Shown: positions 63,866 through 64,000 of the stretch, piece after piece
Numbering within the stretch: the stretch's first letter is position 1
Layout of the letters: each line of letters begins with the position of its first letter
DNA from: Ostreococcus lucimarinus
Taxonomy: Eukaryota
Length of the DNA stretch: 64,000 bases
Direction: 5' to 3' (one strand)
Assembly: GCA_000092065.1 (NCBI GenBank)
Contig: CP000582.1
The notes under the pieces: generated by a model
Told to the model about the DNA's origin: nothing
The model's database searches: none
The model's input: the letters and a program-made list of their open reading frames with translations, nothing else
Position numbers and translations under genes: made by a program

Positions 63866-64000
63866 CGCGCGTTCACGTTATCTGTCTTCGTTCATTCTCT
63901 CCTGGATGTTGTCGCGCGCCCAGGCGGCGTCGCGGCGAAGCGCGTCGTCGGGCGAGCTCGCGCACTCGCTTAAAAATTGATTCCAAAACGGCTTTTGCGC

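Overview
This window reads as GC-rich, very gene-dense nuclear DNA from a green alga. G+C is about two-thirds by eye; I did not compute it. It is not a prokaryotic or viral locus. Evidence for a eukaryotic nuclear origin: (1) nearly all long ORFs encode recognisable eukaryotic or plastid-type proteins (EF-hand mitochondrial carrier, AMP deaminase, PPDK, RPL15e, YKT6, DDI1, eIF3f, RWP-RK, TTC4, senataxin-like and DEAH helicases, plastid-type MPBQ methyltransferase, RRF, KAS); (2) several genes need short spliceosomal introns (77-259 nt) with GT(A/G)CG(C/T) donors and an ACTGAC branch motif about 25-30 nt upstream of the AG; (3) a U1 snRNA gene is present; (4) TGTAA, the chlorophyte poly(A) signal, follows most stop codons; (5) a plant-type telomere-like AAACCCTAA telo-box occurs in a promoter. 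Lineage inference: about 40 genes in 64 kb, few introns and very short head-to-head intergenic spacers suggest a Mamiellophyceae-like picoalga (Micromonas or Ostreococcus type). Because of the GC richness almost every region carries long spurious antisense or Arg-rich ORFs, and the ORF track also uses GTG/TTG starts, so I re-derived start codons from the first sensible in-frame ATG. Hand-indexed coordinates may be off by 1-2 nt. I found no CRISPR array, no transposon and no prokaryotic defence system. The points most worth a second look are: a PFL / PFL-activase (glycyl-radical) pair flanking a large secreted metzincin gene; a D-Ala-D-Ala ligase homolog (peptidoglycan-pathway relic); a U1 snRNA gene; extreme bidirectional gene pairs, one with start codons overlapping in CATG; a telo-box palindrome; and several young tandem duplications.
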